The notes under the pieces are model-generated. The model had not been told where the DNA came from and searched no databases. It saw only the letters and a program-made list of their open reading frames with translations. Source: an uncultured Spirochaetota bacterium (GTDB taxonomy: Bacteria; Spirochaetota; Brevinematia; Brevinematales; JAOACQ01). Taken from it: DNA of 64,000 nt. Below, piece after piece: positions 10,601 to 21,463 of the stretch (within the stretch, counting starts at the first letter, position 1; the number at the start of each line of letters is the position of its first letter). The translations under genes and the position numbers were made by a program. Location: assembly GCA_963835575.1 (NCBI GenBank), contig CAWIGG010000002.1:992001-1056000 (forward strand). Reading direction: 5' to 3'.

Positions 10601-11030
10601 TCAGCCGCTTAAAAAAGACAGTATTATTAAAAAAGCCGAAGCGTTTTTTACAAGCGCTTTTTATCAGAAGTATTATTCCAGCGCAAACCGGAGCTATTCC
10701 GAATGGGAACTCAATTATCCTTTTGAATACAGCGGCTTTTCTATTCTGATTAAGGGCGCGATAGACAGGTATATCCTGCTCGAGCCGGATTACGGCGTCA
10801 TTGTGGACTATAAATTGAAAGTGCATTCCGGAATGGACCGTTATGCCCGGCAGCTTAATTATTACGCTTTTATATTAACCGAACTGGGTTATCAGGTCCG
10901 GGAGCTCTATCTTTACGATATCGAAGAAGGGCTTGCCATATCAGTTGAGAAAAACACAAGCGATATAAAAAAGATCATTACTCAAAATCTTACACGGATG
11001 AAGCAATATTTTTTGCCTGCTATATTTTAA
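7653..11030 (+). CDS. addA: AddA/RecB-like UvrD helicase with C-terminal PD-(D/E)XK nuclease
   Basis: ASAGSGKT, TFTRKAA, STIHSF, IDEFQD, VGDPKQSIYGFR, NYRS, MTVHSSKGLE, YVTFTRA; nuclease GAID..IVDYK..QLNYY. Confidence 0.85.
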   Translation: MSMSDLSPQNSKSNENEGIIYSIHVPLIIEASAGSGKTTILVKRYIAVLIYLLAVEKRSAFEAVKEIVALTFTRKAAGEMKDRIRRIIEEKFSLSYLMEALSNLETYNKIRITGHESVCAEILMQKESLQSALSSASISTIHSFGLNILRSHPVETELDPSASPQDNTGTADMGMTAKDAFFKTIRKLIDSRNKDFSLLIQVLGYESCEKILMDLMKTADSYGMDVLHDIIKRSRYLEYETENSIDEWMEKKAKPVLKKIPEALNGIKESIRKNALPAVEETIGKIEKALELSQASDLFHADVYYDKGSKVVKEAVEDLYGSYALELHKPLFSFLWRAFKIIYDSYEVLKRERKEISFSDIENKLLSSFNNNGDLVADVKKSIRYLLIDEFQDTSDIQKEIFDRLIYNEKRELSLIPFIVGDPKQSIYGFRNANIEIFENTKNAFKEYQGRYPSATYIELDKNYRSDGNLVAGFNRIFEDIFKDGNIAYHIQTAGRENGPKERGVFFVPARGGKTDEIVRNSCRDAACLIAELVNSGSYKPMDIMVLIRKGTKLSLLRESFEEILGAQGIPYFNIDSSNILEAPEIQDIIIYLQALENPSSNFYFLPLLKTPFFRKTDPEIAELLRNNPSLYEALNGTNDPEMEIFNDIRRKKNRVNIADLAEEIIGRSGYFSFLTTLPHKKEASTNAVVFLDYLRRLQTSEMFNLTDFLYYLQEYGITLAKPQVIGEKSNVVKVMTVHSSKGLESRAVIYIATSGGGNRSSEIIVSRGGRDRYLGMNIFCPDRNYTRLAEFKKGSEAEEEKRLAYVTFTRAEELFYYIGADNLAERNEKGKIDRDERDGKDGWGNFINLKKEFVSGRMIKVPEIKSRVKSENNIDLLRKKVSDKYELLKKNEEKLKYASFPLFVTITQLLDIEFLEAAFKKRYIDKSFPVDEALNEIAHSDDVFQENARADEGTFLHRVFQYSDDSSYPEYIEQNIEYESGVQPLKKDSIIKKAEAFFTSAFYQKYYSSANRSYSEWELNYPFEYSGFSILIKGAIDRYILLEPDYGVIVDYKLKVHSGMDRYARQLNYYAFILTELGYQVRELYLYDIEEGLAISVEKNTSDIKKIITQNLTRMKQYFLPAIF

Positions 11031-11227
11031 ACCTGAGGCTGTTTAATTAGCCGACCTTTTTTATTTATTCTCATTTAAAACATAGAAAAAAATTCTGCAG
11101 AAAATAAGTCTTCAGGATTACAACCGCTGCCGAATTATCAGCCTGCTGCCGGCAGTCCTTAATATCTATATTGCTTTTTGCAATATTTTATTCAGTTCAT
11201 TATAATTCTTCCTATCAGTAGGAGTAT

Positions 11228-11889
11228 ATGCAAAAAATATCAGTGATTTGTTTATTACTATTTATCTATTTTCCATTGTTTTCAAGTACTTATTATTTTC
11301 AGGAAATTATTGGAAATGAAAAAAAAGTTTATTCGGTAATCGAAATTATCGATTCCAATCAAAACAGGCTGCTGATTCAGACTAATGATAGGGAATCGTT
11401 TTATGTTTATTGCACAGCAGATTATAAGACGGTTAGATTTGAATATTTTAATAGTAATGAAAACCGCTCAATTACGTCTGATATAAACAAAAATAATCTC
11501 TATTTACATATAAACCGAAACGGTATAAAAGAGGAAAAATATTTAAAATTGACGGATGCCCATGGTACCAATCCATAGATTTCGGATTATCAGATTTTGT
11601 TTTATCAGCCAATGACTCACGGGAATTCTGGATTGTAAACCCGACTGATAGTTCAGTTATTAAGATGATAGCTTATAGAGGAAAAGAGGAACTCTTAAAA
11701 ACCGGGGATTTTACGGTTCCGGCTGTAAAGGTAAAGGTGACCCTTCCCGGGTTATTATCTATTTTCTGGAGCATGGATTATTGGTATAATTATAACGATG
11801 GAACGATTATTAAAATTGAGGGAAAATCAAAAGGGCCTGGAAGCATGGATTCTCTGACTGAATTGATAAAAATTGAGAAAGAAAATTAA
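11228..11889 (+). pseudogene. Secreted hypothetical protein split by a -1 frameshift (possibly a sequencing error)
   Basis: Adding one C to CCC at 11559-11561 joins ORF 11228 to ORF 11665 via PWYQSIDFGLSDF.. Confidence 0.65.
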
Positions 11890-12609
11890 ATGATTAAATT
11901 GATTTCAGAAAGAAGAATTCAAGAAGACTGGAAGATTTCTGTTATTTTGTTTATTTTGCTTTTTATATTATTTGATATTTTGGTTTTATGCAGAATACCA
12001 TCCTATTTATTTGGAATTATAATATTTTTACATTTAATAGGAACTCTTATTTTAGTCAAAAAAAAATATTGGACTGAAATCGGTTTTAACAAACCGGCAG
12101 GTTTGAAGTATATTGTTATTGGCTCTCTTTTAGCGGTTCTATATGTTATTCTCGTATTCCTGTTTTTAAAACTGTTATTCGGCTTTACAGACGGCAACTA
12201 TTTATTTTTGATGGCAAAAAGTCAATTGGCCTTCGGCGTTATCAATAAAACAAATGCCTGGACTTATTTTCCGATGGCCGCCATCGGTTATATGATAACC
12301 AGCCCTTTATGCGAGGAACCGTTTTACAGAGGTTTGCTGTTCAACAGTTTCAGAAAATCATTTTCTCCGGCTTTATCAATAACTCTGCAGGCGGTCTTTT
12401 TCGGGTTAATTCATGTCCCATATTTTTTAATGTTCTCTTTTAAACCGCAAATCCTATTTTCGATACCTTTTATTATGATAGCCGGGCTGATTAACGGCTG
12501 GGCGTCTCATAAGACCCATTCCATCTGGAGCTGCAGTATAGTTCACGCTGCCGGTAATTTTATTCATATTCTATTTATATATTTATTTATCATACCGGTA
12601 ATCGGATAG
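11890..12609 (+). CDS. CPBP (Abi/CAAX) intramembrane glutamic endopeptidase
   Basis: EEPFYRG, FGLIH and HAAGN motifs in a multi-TM protein. Confidence 0.9.
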   Translation: MIKLISERRIQEDWKISVILFILLFILFDILVLCRIPSYLFGIIIFLHLIGTLILVKKKYWTEIGFNKPAGLKYIVIGSLLAVLYVILVFLFLKLLFGFTDGNYLFLMAKSQLAFGVINKTNAWTYFPMAAIGYMITSPLCEEPFYRGLLFNSFRKSFSPALSITLQAVFFGLIHVPYFLMFSFKPQILFSIPFIMIAGLINGWASHKTHSIWSCSIVHAAGNFIHILFIYLFIIPVIG

Positions 12610-12770
12610 AAAGAACATATGAAAGCATCTAACTAAAGCAAGCTGGTACATAGAGCGGATTTCGCCCCTGAATTGTTATTCCAGATCGTAAAAAAACCGT
12701 TTTAAAAGCCGCGTAAATTATAATATGTGTCATTTTCCTGCGGCATTGAATTAAAAGGGGAATTTTTTAT

Positions 12771-13020
12771 ATAAAAAAGTGGTTAGTATTTTTAATTCTC
12801 ATCATATCCGTAATCCCGGCATTCGCTTCTTCTGGACCTGGAGAAAAATTGTTACTCGCGGCATAAAATGGGGGATGTTTCTTTTCTTGCAGAATATAAA
12901 GGTGATGTCAATGAGGCAAGCGAAGAGGAGCTTGAAATTCAGGTCCAAAAAGACACCGGGCAGATAAAAGATTTGATCAATGGCAATCTTGAAAAGATGC
13001 GGAAGTATTTTGTTTCGTAA
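12771..13020 (+). pseudogene. Decayed secreted ankyrin-like gene
   Basis: ATA in place of ATG; signal-like KKWLVFLILIISVIPAFA; KLLLAA*NG, then frameshift in a G5 run to DV..EYKGDVN. Confidence 0.4.
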
Positions 13021-13044
13021 ACGGATGATTAATCCTGCCATTTA

Positions 13045-14256
13045 TTAATACACTGGAATCAGTCCGAGGTTTTCACCCGTGATGCATCGGCCTCCCTTCG
13101 GGGTCACAAGGAATGTGTTTTCAATCCCCACCATGCCGATATCTTTAATTCCCTTTTTAGGCTCAAGCGCAAAAGCCATCCCTTCCTCGATCGGTTCTTT
13201 AAACCCCTCGGCGATGACCGGCAACTCATCAATCTGAAGACCGATCCCATGGCCGAGGAACTTTACCGTACGGTTTCCATAACCCATAAAGTTATTCAGG
13301 AAATCAGGATCAAGCTTATTAATAATAGTTTTATAAATTTCTTCCGGTACTGCGCCGGGTTTCAGCATTGCCGCGGCCTCGTTCTGTATTTCAACACATT
13401 GACGGTGGGCGCTTATGACTTCTTCAGGAAGCTTCCTGCCGAACATATATGTCATGGTTTTGTCTGTATGATAGCCGTCCACCCCGCACCCGATATCGAT
13501 AAAGACCAGGTCGCCCTTTTTCAGCTTTCGTTCGCGGCTTCCCAATAACGGGACTGCCGGGCCCATCCCATAATTGCCGCCCGGGCCGTTAAAATAAGTC
13601 GGATAGACAGAGCTTTCACCGAAGCCGATCTGTCCCAGGACCAGTTCAGTGTCGAACATACCGAACCGGGCCACGCCATGATGTCCTTCCCTGATCATGA
13701 TGGAATAAATCTCCGCGGACAGGTCTGCCTCGTTCATACCTTCCTTGAGGATTAAGGGCACAATATCTTCCAGCACCCGGCGGTGTATTTTGCCTGCCTT
13801 TTCCATCAGGGCAAGTTCATATGGGCTTTTAACGGCCCTCACGGCGGAAACCTGCATATCGAGGGATTTGACTTCCTTGAAAGGAAAATATTTCCGGAAA
13901 CGCTGGTAGAGCGCCAGCGGCACTATCTCTGTCTCCATGTAAATTGTTTCAGAAATATTACCGGCTGCCGCCGCTGCGTCGCGGAATCCGGCCATCTGCC
14001 TGATATCCGTGAAGAGGGATTCATCCATCGCCCGTTCATAGCTCCGGCGCACCCAGTACACAGCGCCGCCGCCGCGCCTGATCAACAGCATGCCGTCCTG
14101 CATTGTCCCGGTAAAATAATACTGGTTGATCTTGCAGAAAATGACGGCCGTCTCCCAGTCCGGATTTGACGAATCCATAATTGCCAGAAAGCGGCTCATG
14201 CGGGTCTGCAGTTCGGATAGAGGGACTTTGTTATTAATATTCATTATATTTTCCAA
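13045..14256 (-). CDS. M24 family Xaa-Pro peptidase
   Basis: Creatinase-like N-domain; IDIG..GYHTDKT, GHGIG..DE.P, LEPK, GIENT metal ligands. Confidence 0.9.
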   Translation of the reverse strand: MENIMNINNKVPLSELQTRMSRFLAIMDSSNPDWETAVIFCKINQYYFTGTMQDGMLLIRRGGGAVYWVRRSYERAMDESLFTDIRQMAGFRDAAAAAGNISETIYMETEIVPLALYQRFRKYFPFKEVKSLDMQVSAVRAVKSPYELALMEKAGKIHRRVLEDIVPLILKEGMNEADLSAEIYSIMIREGHHGVARFGMFDTELVLGQIGFGESSVYPTYFNGPGGNYGMGPAVPLLGSRERKLKKGDLVFIDIGCGVDGYHTDKTMTYMFGRKLPEEVISAHRQCVEIQNEAAAMLKPGAVPEEIYKTIINKLDPDFLNNFMGYGNRTVKFLGHGIGLQIDELPVIAEGFKEPIEEGMAFALEPKKGIKDIGMVGIENTFLVTPKGGRCITGENLGLIPVY

Positions 14257-14286
14257 TAAATATTATTTATAGATTTTCTTAAATAT

Positions 14287-14446
14287 TCCGCTAAGCCACG
14301 CGAATACACGCTAATATGATTAGATTATTATTCTATTTCAATAATATTTACATTGAAGGTATGCTGGTTGAAGTCAATTAAGTGTTTAATGATTTATATC
14401 TTTCCTTTTTTATTCGCGTCAATTCGCGTGAATTAGCGGATTACCA
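14287..14446. repeat. Intergenic inverted-repeat element; inverted shorter copy at 28500-28578
   Basis: CCGCTAAGCCACGCGAATACACGCTAATA ... TTCGCGTCAATTCGCGTGAATTAGCGGATTACCA. Confidence 0.65.
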
Positions 14447-14452
14447 GACTAT

Positions 14453-15247
14453 TTATAATTCCTGATGGAAAATCTGGTCTTCGGAGGGAAAAATTCCTCC
14501 CTTGACTTCCTCAATATAGCTTTTAACAGCTTTCTTGATGACACGGTACAAATTGGCGTATTTTTTATTATGTTTAAATTCCGTTTCATTGTCCATTCCC
14601 AGCATGTCGGTGATAACAAGGACCTGGCCGTCGGTATACCGGCCGGCGCCGATGCCGATTGTCGGGATTGAAATGCTTTCCGTAACGGTTTTAGCCGCTT
14701 CTTCAGCCGTGCCTTCGATGACAAGCGCGAACGCTCCGGCTTCTTCCAGCGCTTTCGCGTCGGCCGTCAGGATTTCCGTCTCATTTTTTGTTCTGCCCAT
14801 GATCCTGTGCCCGAAGCGCCGGACGGACTGCGGTTTGAGGCCTATATGCCCCATTACGGGTATGCCGATCTGAGTGATCGCGGAAACAACCGGCGCCAGC
14901 GCCGAGCCTCCTTCCAGCTTGACGGCGTTCGCGCCCGCTTCCTTCAGACATCGGCCGGCGTTATGCACGCTTTCCTCAAGCGACGCGCCGTAGCTTAAAA
15001 ACGGCATATCAGCGATGATAAAGGATTCCGGCGCGCCCCTCCTTACCGCTTTTGTATGGTAAATCAATTCATCCATTGTGACGGGAAGCGTGTTCTCATG
15101 GCCGGAAAAAACCATGCCGAAAGAATCGCCGACAAGGATGATGTCCATATTCAATTCCTGGAGAATGCGGGCCGTCAGGAAATCATAGGCTGTGAGCATC
15201 GCTATTTTCTCTTTATTTTTGAGGGACAGGATTTTACTGACTGTCAT
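14453..15247 (-). CDS. panB: 3-methyl-2-oxobutanoate hydroxymethyltransferase
   Basis: MLTAYD, ILVGDS, ADMPF, AVKLEGG, GHIGL.PQ, IGIGAG..DGQVLV..D. Confidence 0.97.
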   Translation of the reverse strand: MTVSKILSLKNKEKIAMLTAYDFLTARILQELNMDIILVGDSFGMVFSGHENTLPVTMDELIYHTKAVRRGAPESFIIADMPFLSYGASLEESVHNAGRCLKEAGANAVKLEGGSALAPVVSAITQIGIPVMGHIGLKPQSVRRFGHRIMGRTKNETEILTADAKALEEAGAFALVIEGTAEEAAKTVTESISIPTIGIGAGRYTDGQVLVITDMLGMDNETEFKHNKKYANLYRVIKKAVKSYIEEVKGGIFPSEDQIFHQEL

Positions 15248-15264
15248 ATTGCGCCTCTTTAATT

Positions 15265-17901
15265 CTAATATTTTAAAATCAGCCTGTTGACCGGTGTTAT
15301 CACGGCCAGGCCTATGATAATAAGCCAGAGCTTATAATCAAGGATCGGTACTGTATTGAATATAATATTAAACGGTCCGATATAGATCAGGCAGACGATC
15401 ATGGAAAGCGTGACGACTGACGAAATATGAAGCAGGGGATTGGGTTTGAAAAACTTCTCGAAAAGAGTGCCTTCCCTTAAAATAAAAATGGAAATCTGCG
15501 GAGAAAGCAGTGTCACGGCGAAAGCCGCGGTCTGGGCCGCCGCTTTATCTTTTGTAAGCCGGTAAGTGATGATATAGCCCATCATAATGCAGAGGCCGAA
15601 AATAAAGCCGTCCAGGACCATATGGAACCGGTCCCTGCTGCTGATGAGAGGGTCGGATGCCTTTACGGGCTTTCTATTCATGATGCTTTTATCGGAAGGG
15701 TCAACGCTGATACCGACGCTGGGCAGGGTTTCCATAATGATGTTGGACCAGAGGATCTGGATCGGGCCCAGGACCGCCGGGAACCCCAGGACCGGCATCA
15801 ACAGCACGGCCATGGCTTTACCGATATTATTAGTGATCAGATAGCGCACAAGCTTTTTTATGTTCTGAAAAAGGGTCCTGCCTTCTTTTATCGCTGCGAC
15901 AATGACGTTAAAATTATCATCGGCAAGGATAATATCCGCCGCTTCCTGTGAAACCTGGGTGCCGGCCCTTCCCATAGCGATCCCGACATCCGATTTTTTT
16001 AAAGCCGGCGCGTCGTTCACGCCGTCGCCCGTCATGGCGACGATATGGTCTTTCATGCGGAGTTTGTCGACAATCCTGAGTTTATCGAGCGGAGCTACCC
16101 TTGAATAAACGCGGAGGTGCTCGACCTGGGATGAGAAATCATTTTCGGAAAGGGCTTCGAGCTCCCTTCCTTCAATGACTTCGCTCTGGTCTGACGCTAT
16201 GCCGACGCTTTCGGCTATTGAAAAGGCCGTTTTCTTGCTGTCGCCTGTGATCATCACGACCTGGATATTCGCGTTATGTGTTTCTTCTATAACATGCCTG
16301 ACTTCGTCTTTCGGAGGGTCGTAAAGCGACGCGGCGCCCAGAAATGTCAGGCGGAAAATCATTTTACTGTTGAGTTTGTATTCTGCGCCTTCATTGATTT
16401 TTTTTGCGAACCCGATAATCCGGAAGCCTTTTTCGGCGCGGGTCGAAAGCTCTTTGAGGATGGACTGTCTGCGGTTTTCGTCCAGCGGTTTTATTTTTCC
16501 CTCCGAGTGATAAAAAGAACAGAATGAAAGGATTTTATCCGGCGCGCCTTTTAAATAAATGCCTCTCCTGCCGGAAGCGTCTGTTATGAGGCTCGCGGAA
16601 TACATATTTTCGGACGAAAAAGGAATGCTGTCGTCGATCAGGTGCTTTTCGAAATGGGCCGGCTTATAACCCATAATGATGCCCGCTTTGATCAGGGATG
16701 TTTCCGTCGGGTCTCCCATTTCCTTGATTATTGTCCCGTTTTCTTCTATCACCCTGGCGCTGGAGCATTTTACCGATGTCAGGAATATGTCATGAATAAT
16801 TTCTGTTTTTCCTTCGGCTATCATTTTCAGCAGATCGGAATTCACCAGGAATTTATCCTCTATATAATATTCCCTGGCCGACATATTATGCTGGGTGATC
16901 GTACCCGTTTTATCGGTGCAGATATAATCAACGCTGCCCAGTGTTTCGACGGAGGAGAGCTTTTTTATAATGACGGATTCTTTCGCCAGCCTTTCAACGG
17001 CAAGAGAGAGCGCGATGGTGATCGAAGCCGGAAGGCCTTCGGGAAAAACAGCCACCATGATGCTGATGGCGATAAGAATGGCCTCTTTTATTTCCATGCT
17101 TCTGAGAATGCTGACCAATAGGACCAGTACGGCCGAGAAGAAAGCAAGCCCGACGAGGAATTTGATTTCCCTGATCATTCTTTTCTGCAGGGGCGTTTTT
17201 TCCTCTTCCGCTTCCTGTATATTGACCGCGATCTTTCCCATTTCGGTCAGAATTCCGGTACGGATGATGAGGGCCTTGCCTGTGCCGTTCAGCACCTTGC
17301 TTCCGGCAAAAAGGATATTCTTCATCTCATAAGGCTTAAGGTTCTTTTTGTTAATTGCCCTGTTGTTTTTGGATATCGGCTCGCTCTCTCCGGTCAGGTG
17401 GGCTTCGTCGACAAGCGCGCTCTGCGACTCGGTGATGCGGCAGTCGGCCGGTATGATATCCCCGGCTTCAAATACGATCAGGTCGCCGGGTACGAGGAAT
17501 TTTGACGGGACAATATCGAAATCCCCGTCACGGATTACTTTAAACTGGGGCGACAGGATTTTTTTCAACTCCTCGACGGCTTTTTCAGCCTTATTATCCT
17601 GAATGATGCTGATTATGGTGTTGATGACGACAACTCCCATAATGGCTATTGCCTCGATAAAGTCTTTAATGGCAAAGGCAAAAATGGACGCGCCGATCAG
17701 GATCAGGCCCATCGGCTCGATCAGGCTGGCGATAAGCTTTTCAATAAGGCTTTTCTTCCGCGCTTCATGAATTTCATTCAAGCCGTACTTTTTAAGCGCG
17801 TCCCCGGCCGCTTTTCTGGAAAGTCCGTTCTTTGTGCTGGACAGTTCATCGAAAACCTTTTTTACGTCAAGGGTATAAAAGAAGGAAATATCATTTTTCA
17901 T
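15265..17901 (-). CDS. Cation-translocating P-type ATPase (P2A, Ca2+-ATPase-like)
   Basis: TGES, PEGL, DKTGT, KGAP, MITGD and TGDGVNDAPALK motifs. Confidence 0.95.
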   Translation of the reverse strand: MKNDISFFYTLDVKKVFDELSSTKNGLSRKAAGDALKKYGLNEIHEARKKSLIEKLIASLIEPMGLILIGASIFAFAIKDFIEAIAIMGVVVINTIISIIQDNKAEKAVEELKKILSPQFKVIRDGDFDIVPSKFLVPGDLIVFEAGDIIPADCRITESQSALVDEAHLTGESEPISKNNRAINKKNLKPYEMKNILFAGSKVLNGTGKALIIRTGILTEMGKIAVNIQEAEEEKTPLQKRMIREIKFLVGLAFFSAVLVLLVSILRSMEIKEAILIAISIMVAVFPEGLPASITIALSLAVERLAKESVIIKKLSSVETLGSVDYICTDKTGTITQHNMSAREYYIEDKFLVNSDLLKMIAEGKTEIIHDIFLTSVKCSSARVIEENGTIIKEMGDPTETSLIKAGIIMGYKPAHFEKHLIDDSIPFSSENMYSASLITDASGRRGIYLKGAPDKILSFCSFYHSEGKIKPLDENRRQSILKELSTRAEKGFRIIGFAKKINEGAEYKLNSKMIFRLTFLGAASLYDPPKDEVRHVIEETHNANIQVVMITGDSKKTAFSIAESVGIASDQSEVIEGRELEALSENDFSSQVEHLRVYSRVAPLDKLRIVDKLRMKDHIVAMTGDGVNDAPALKKSDVGIAMGRAGTQVSQEAADIILADDNFNVIVAAIKEGRTLFQNIKKLVRYLITNNIGKAMAVLLMPVLGFPAVLGPIQILWSNIIMETLPSVGISVDPSDKSIMNRKPVKASDPLISSRDRFHMVLDGFIFGLCIMMGYIITYRLTKDKAAAQTAAFAVTLLSPQISIFILREGTLFEKFFKPNPLLHISSVVTLSMIVCLIYIGPFNIIFNTVPILDYKLWLIIIGLAVITPVNRLILKY

Positions 17902-18264
17902 TCTTTGTCCTTATTGGGAATAATCAGCCACAGAATTTCACAGAAAAACACGGAAATTAATAATAAATCTTTTTATACAAAAACTAATAATAAAGAGCCC
18001 AATAAATCAGAATATTTCAGGATTTCGAAGGATTCTCAGGATTTTATTAAATGCTGCGGTTCTTATCTTCTGAACAACATTACATTTTTAAATCCTGTAA
18101 AATCAGGATTTATCCTGGAAATCCTGATTAATTGGGGTAATAAAACCAGCCTATCTTCAAATTATTCAGTGCAAGCACAAAAAAATAATAGTTTTTACAT
18201 CGGTACAATTCCGTGTCTAAAAATTATATTATATTCAATATTTTAATGGGATTTTTCAAATTTA

Positions 18265-19167
18265 TCAACTATGGCTCTGGCAGAGGGTGTCGGCATTATG
18301 GTATTTTTCCGTTTCCGGCTGGAAGAGGGTGTGCGTCACGCCGAATTCCGCCAGCTCGCAGCGGAGCGCCTCGAATAAAATCTCGATCTTTCCGAGACTG
18401 ACCCTGCTGTCCAGCACGAGGTGCGCAGAAAAAAGAAGGTCCTGTGAAGAGGGCTGTATGATATGGATATCGTGGATGCTTTTAATTTCTTTATGCTTGA
18501 GTATCCGCCTGACAATGCCCTTCAGATTATTAGGCGCCGCGTCCATCAGGCTGAAGAAAGTTTTTTTGAAGATCCCCAGGGATTGATAAATGATAAATAA
18601 AGAAAACAGTATTGTAATGATCGGGTCAATAATGGGAATATTTAGAAATAAGATCAGGACTCCTGCTATAACAACGCCGATCGAGAAGCCCGCGTCGCTT
18701 AAAAGATGCAGGTAAGAGGCGGCTATGTTCATATCTTCATGCCTTTCCTCATGTGTGTGATCTTTATGTTGATGTTTTGCGCCACGGAGTAAATAAGCCG
18801 ATGCGGCGTTAGCGAAAAAGGCGGTAAGCGCGGCAATGATCATGTATATACTGCCGACAGGCGACGGATTGAGGATTTTTGTCGCGGCTTCCCAGATGAT
18901 AAATCCCATGGTGAATAATAAAAAAATGGAATGGACAAAACCGGCCATCATTTCTGAGCGGATATAGCCGTATGTCATTGCCCTTGACGCTTTCTTTTCA
19001 CTGAATATAAAGGCGATCAAAGCGATGATGAGCGTCAGAACGTCCCCCAGGTTATGGAGAGCGTCGGCTATGAGAGCCGTGGAATTGGCAAGATTACCGA
19101 AAATGATCTCGCCGATGACAATGAGGCTGTTGAGAGCGATTACCGTAAAAAATTTAGGCTTATTCAT
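18265..19167 (-). CDS. Cation diffusion facilitator (CzcD/ZitB-like Zn/Co/Cd exporter)
   Basis: ALIADALHNLGD, His-rich loop, YLHLLSD, IHDIHI. Confidence 0.93.
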   Translation of the reverse strand: MNKPKFFTVIALNSLIVIGEIIFGNLANSTALIADALHNLGDVLTLIIALIAFIFSEKKASRAMTYGYIRSEMMAGFVHSIFLLFTMGFIIWEAATKILNPSPVGSIYMIIAALTAFFANAASAYLLRGAKHQHKDHTHEERHEDMNIAASYLHLLSDAGFSIGVVIAGVLILFLNIPIIDPIITILFSLFIIYQSLGIFKKTFFSLMDAAPNNLKGIVRRILKHKEIKSIHDIHIIQPSSQDLLFSAHLVLDSRVSLGKIEILFEALRCELAEFGVTHTLFQPETEKYHNADTLCQSHS

Positions 19168-19173
19168 AATGTT

Positions 19174-19530
19174 TTACTTGATAGCGGTCAGACTGTCCAC
19201 AATCTGGAAAAATTCATTCAGGCGGAATGTATAGAATAAATCTTTAATGTCCCTGTTAAGGCCGACAATGTAAAGACGACCGTTCAGGTCATTCAGCCTT
19301 TTATAGGCCAGAAGAAGCTTGCCGATGCCGCTCGAGCCGATAAAGATCATCTCGGAAAAATCAATAATGATTTCTTTTTTACCGTCGTCTATGATGGTGG
19401 TGAGTATATCCTTGAATTCCCTCGCGTCCGGATCGGTGACAAGATTTTCCTTGATTTTCAGAAGAGTTTTGCCTTTGTATTCGGAAAGTTCATATTTCAT
19501 AATTTTCCCCCGGTATTTCCCATATATCAT
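19174..19530 (-). CDS. STAS-domain anti-sigma factor antagonist
   Basis: IIIDFSEMIFIGSSGIG.LL motif. Confidence 0.88.
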   Translation of the reverse strand: MIYGKYRGKIMKYELSEYKGKTLLKIKENLVTDPDAREFKDILTTIIDDGKKEIIIDFSEMIFIGSSGIGKLLLAYKRLNDLNGRLYIVGLNRDIKDLFYTFRLNEFFQIVDSLTAIK

Positions 19531-19652
19531 CCATATAATATTTTACGATATTTTTAAAAGAAATGCAAATCCATTTTATTTAAGAGCAGTGCTAAAAACC
19601 GACAAAATACATTTATTTTGAGAGCAACTATCAATATAAATTAAGGATTTCA

Positions 19653-19703
19653 GGCACTTCCAAAAACTTCTATTTAACAATTATGGTAGTTTTTGGAAGT
19701 GCC
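19653..19703. repeat. GGCA(G/C)TTC-family hairpin just 3' of purH
   Basis: GGCACTTCCAAAAACT / AGTTTTTGGAAGTGCC. Confidence 0.7.
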
Positions 19704-19704
19704 C

Positions 19705-21252
19705 TTAATGCCTGAAATGGCGGACGCCGGTAAAGACCATGGCGATCCGGTGTTCATCAGCCGCCTTGATGGAATCTTCGTCCTTTACAGAGCCGCCCGG
19801 CTGGATGATCGCGGTTATGCCGCTCTGGGCCGCGCTGTCGACGCTGTCGCGGAACGGGAAAAACGCGTCGGAGGACATCACGGAGCCTTTCGGGTCAAAA
19901 CCCGCTTCCTTCGCCTTGATGAGGGCCAATCGGGCGGAATCCACCCGCGACATCTGCCCGGCGCCGATGCCGATGGTCTGCTCGTTTTTAACATAAACAA
20001 TGGCGTTGGACTTGACGTATTTGCCTATTTTCCAGGCGAATTTCAGATCGCGCTCTTCCTCTTTAACCGGCTTTTTTTGCGTGACGATGTTCCATTTTTC
20101 CAGGGCCATTCCTGTATTGTCCCAATCCTGGACTAGCATCCCGTTCTCAATACGCCTGTAAGAAAGGCCGCGCTTCTTCCAATCCGAGCCGTTCAGCCTG
20201 ACGATCCGCAGGTTCTTTTTTGACTGGAGGATATTCAGAGCATCCTCTTCATAATCCGGCGCGATGATGATCTCATAAAAACGCTCCGCTATTTTTTTGG
20301 CCGTCACGGCGTCCATGAGTTTATTCACTCCGATAATGCCGCCGAAGGCCGATGCGCTGTCGCAGGCCAGGGCCCTGTCGTAGGATTGCTCAAGGGTCAT
20401 ACCCAGCGCAGCGCCGCATGGGTTCGTGTGCTTGATGATCACGGTAAAGGGGGAATCGTCCGCGAATTCCCTCAATATGTCCAGACAGCCGTCGGCGTCC
20501 ATAAAGTTATTGTAGGACATCTCCTTTCCCCAGACTATGGAGGCGTTTATCGTTGAAATATTATCGTCCACATAGCTCCTGTAAAGGCGGGCGTTCTGGT
20601 GCGGGTTTTCGCCGTAGCGCAGCGTCTGCTGCTGCTTTAATGGCAGGGCGAACTCCGCCGGAAACGGCCTCTTCGTGAGGCGGTTGAAGCAGGTGGAGAT
20701 AAGCCCGTCGTAATACGCCGTGTGGCTGAAGGCCTTCGCGGCGAGCTCCAGGCGCGTTTCGCGTGAAAGCTGTCCTTTTTCATCCAGCTCTTTCATCACT
20801 TTATCAAAATCATTATTATCAACAATAACCGCGACGTCCTGGTAATTTTTGGCGGCCGCGCGGATGAGCGCGACCCCGCCGATGTCGATTTGTTCGATGA
20901 TCTCCTCGAACTTCGCGTTTTTATTCTTGACCGTCTCTTCAAAAGGGTAGAGATTGACGACAATAAAGTCGATGGGGGGGATCTTGAGTTTTTCGATCTC
21001 TTCGAGATGGCTTTTCTTCGAGCGCATCGCGAGGATACCCGCGTGGATTACCGGATGGAGGGTCTTGACACGGCCTTCAAGTATTTCCGGAAAGCCCGTA
21101 GCGGAAGAGACTTCCGTTACGGCAATGCCCTTATCCTTTAAGTATTTATATGTCCCGCCGGTTGAGAGGACCTCGTAATCTTTTTTCTGGAGGTAGGAGG
21201 CCAGTTTTTCGATGCCTTCCTTATAATATGAACTGAAGAGCGCGCGTTTCAT
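19705..21252 (-). CDS. purH: Bifunctional AICAR transformylase/IMP cyclohydrolase
   Basis: [42 protein letters not shown]-terminal RHFRH. Confidence 0.98.
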   Translation of the reverse strand: MKRALFSSYYKEGIEKLASYLQKKDYEVLSTGGTYKYLKDKGIAVTEVSSATGFPEILEGRVKTLHPVIHAGILAMRSKKSHLEEIEKLKIPPIDFIVVNLYPFEETVKNKNAKFEEIIEQIDIGGVALIRAAAKNYQDVAVIVDNNDFDKVMKELDEKGQLSRETRLELAAKAFSHTAYYDGLISTCFNRLTKRPFPAEFALPLKQQQTLRYGENPHQNARLYRSYVDDNISTINASIVWGKEMSYNNFMDADGCLDILREFADDSPFTVIIKHTNPCGAALGMTLEQSYDRALACDSASAFGGIIGVNKLMDAVTAKKIAERFYEIIIAPDYEEDALNILQSKKNLRIVRLNGSDWKKRGLSYRRIENGMLVQDWDNTGMALEKWNIVTQKKPVKEEERDLKFAWKIGKYVKSNAIVYVKNEQTIGIGAGQMSRVDSARLALIKAKEAGFDPKGSVMSSDAFFPFRDSVDSAAQSGITAIIQPGGSVKDEDSIKAADEHRIAMVFTGVRHFRH

Positions 21253-21463
21253 AATGGCTCCTTTAAAATATTATTTTCGCTAAACCGCGAAGGGTATTTT
21301 GAGTAAAATCCGATTTGTAATGGATATAATTATATCATAAGAAATTGGATTTGTTAAGGAAGTTCAAGGAGAGATTTATTATTTCAATATGAATATTAAA
21401 ATGGAATAAAACCTCTTCCAGAAGAAGGGGGAAAGGCGGCACGCTGCGCTGTGCCACACAAGG

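Noticed and set aside
21253..21460. ZTP (pfl) riboswitch expected upstream of purH
   Set aside because: Neither the GACUGGCG nor the CGCCUGGGC consensus segment is visible on the minus strand.
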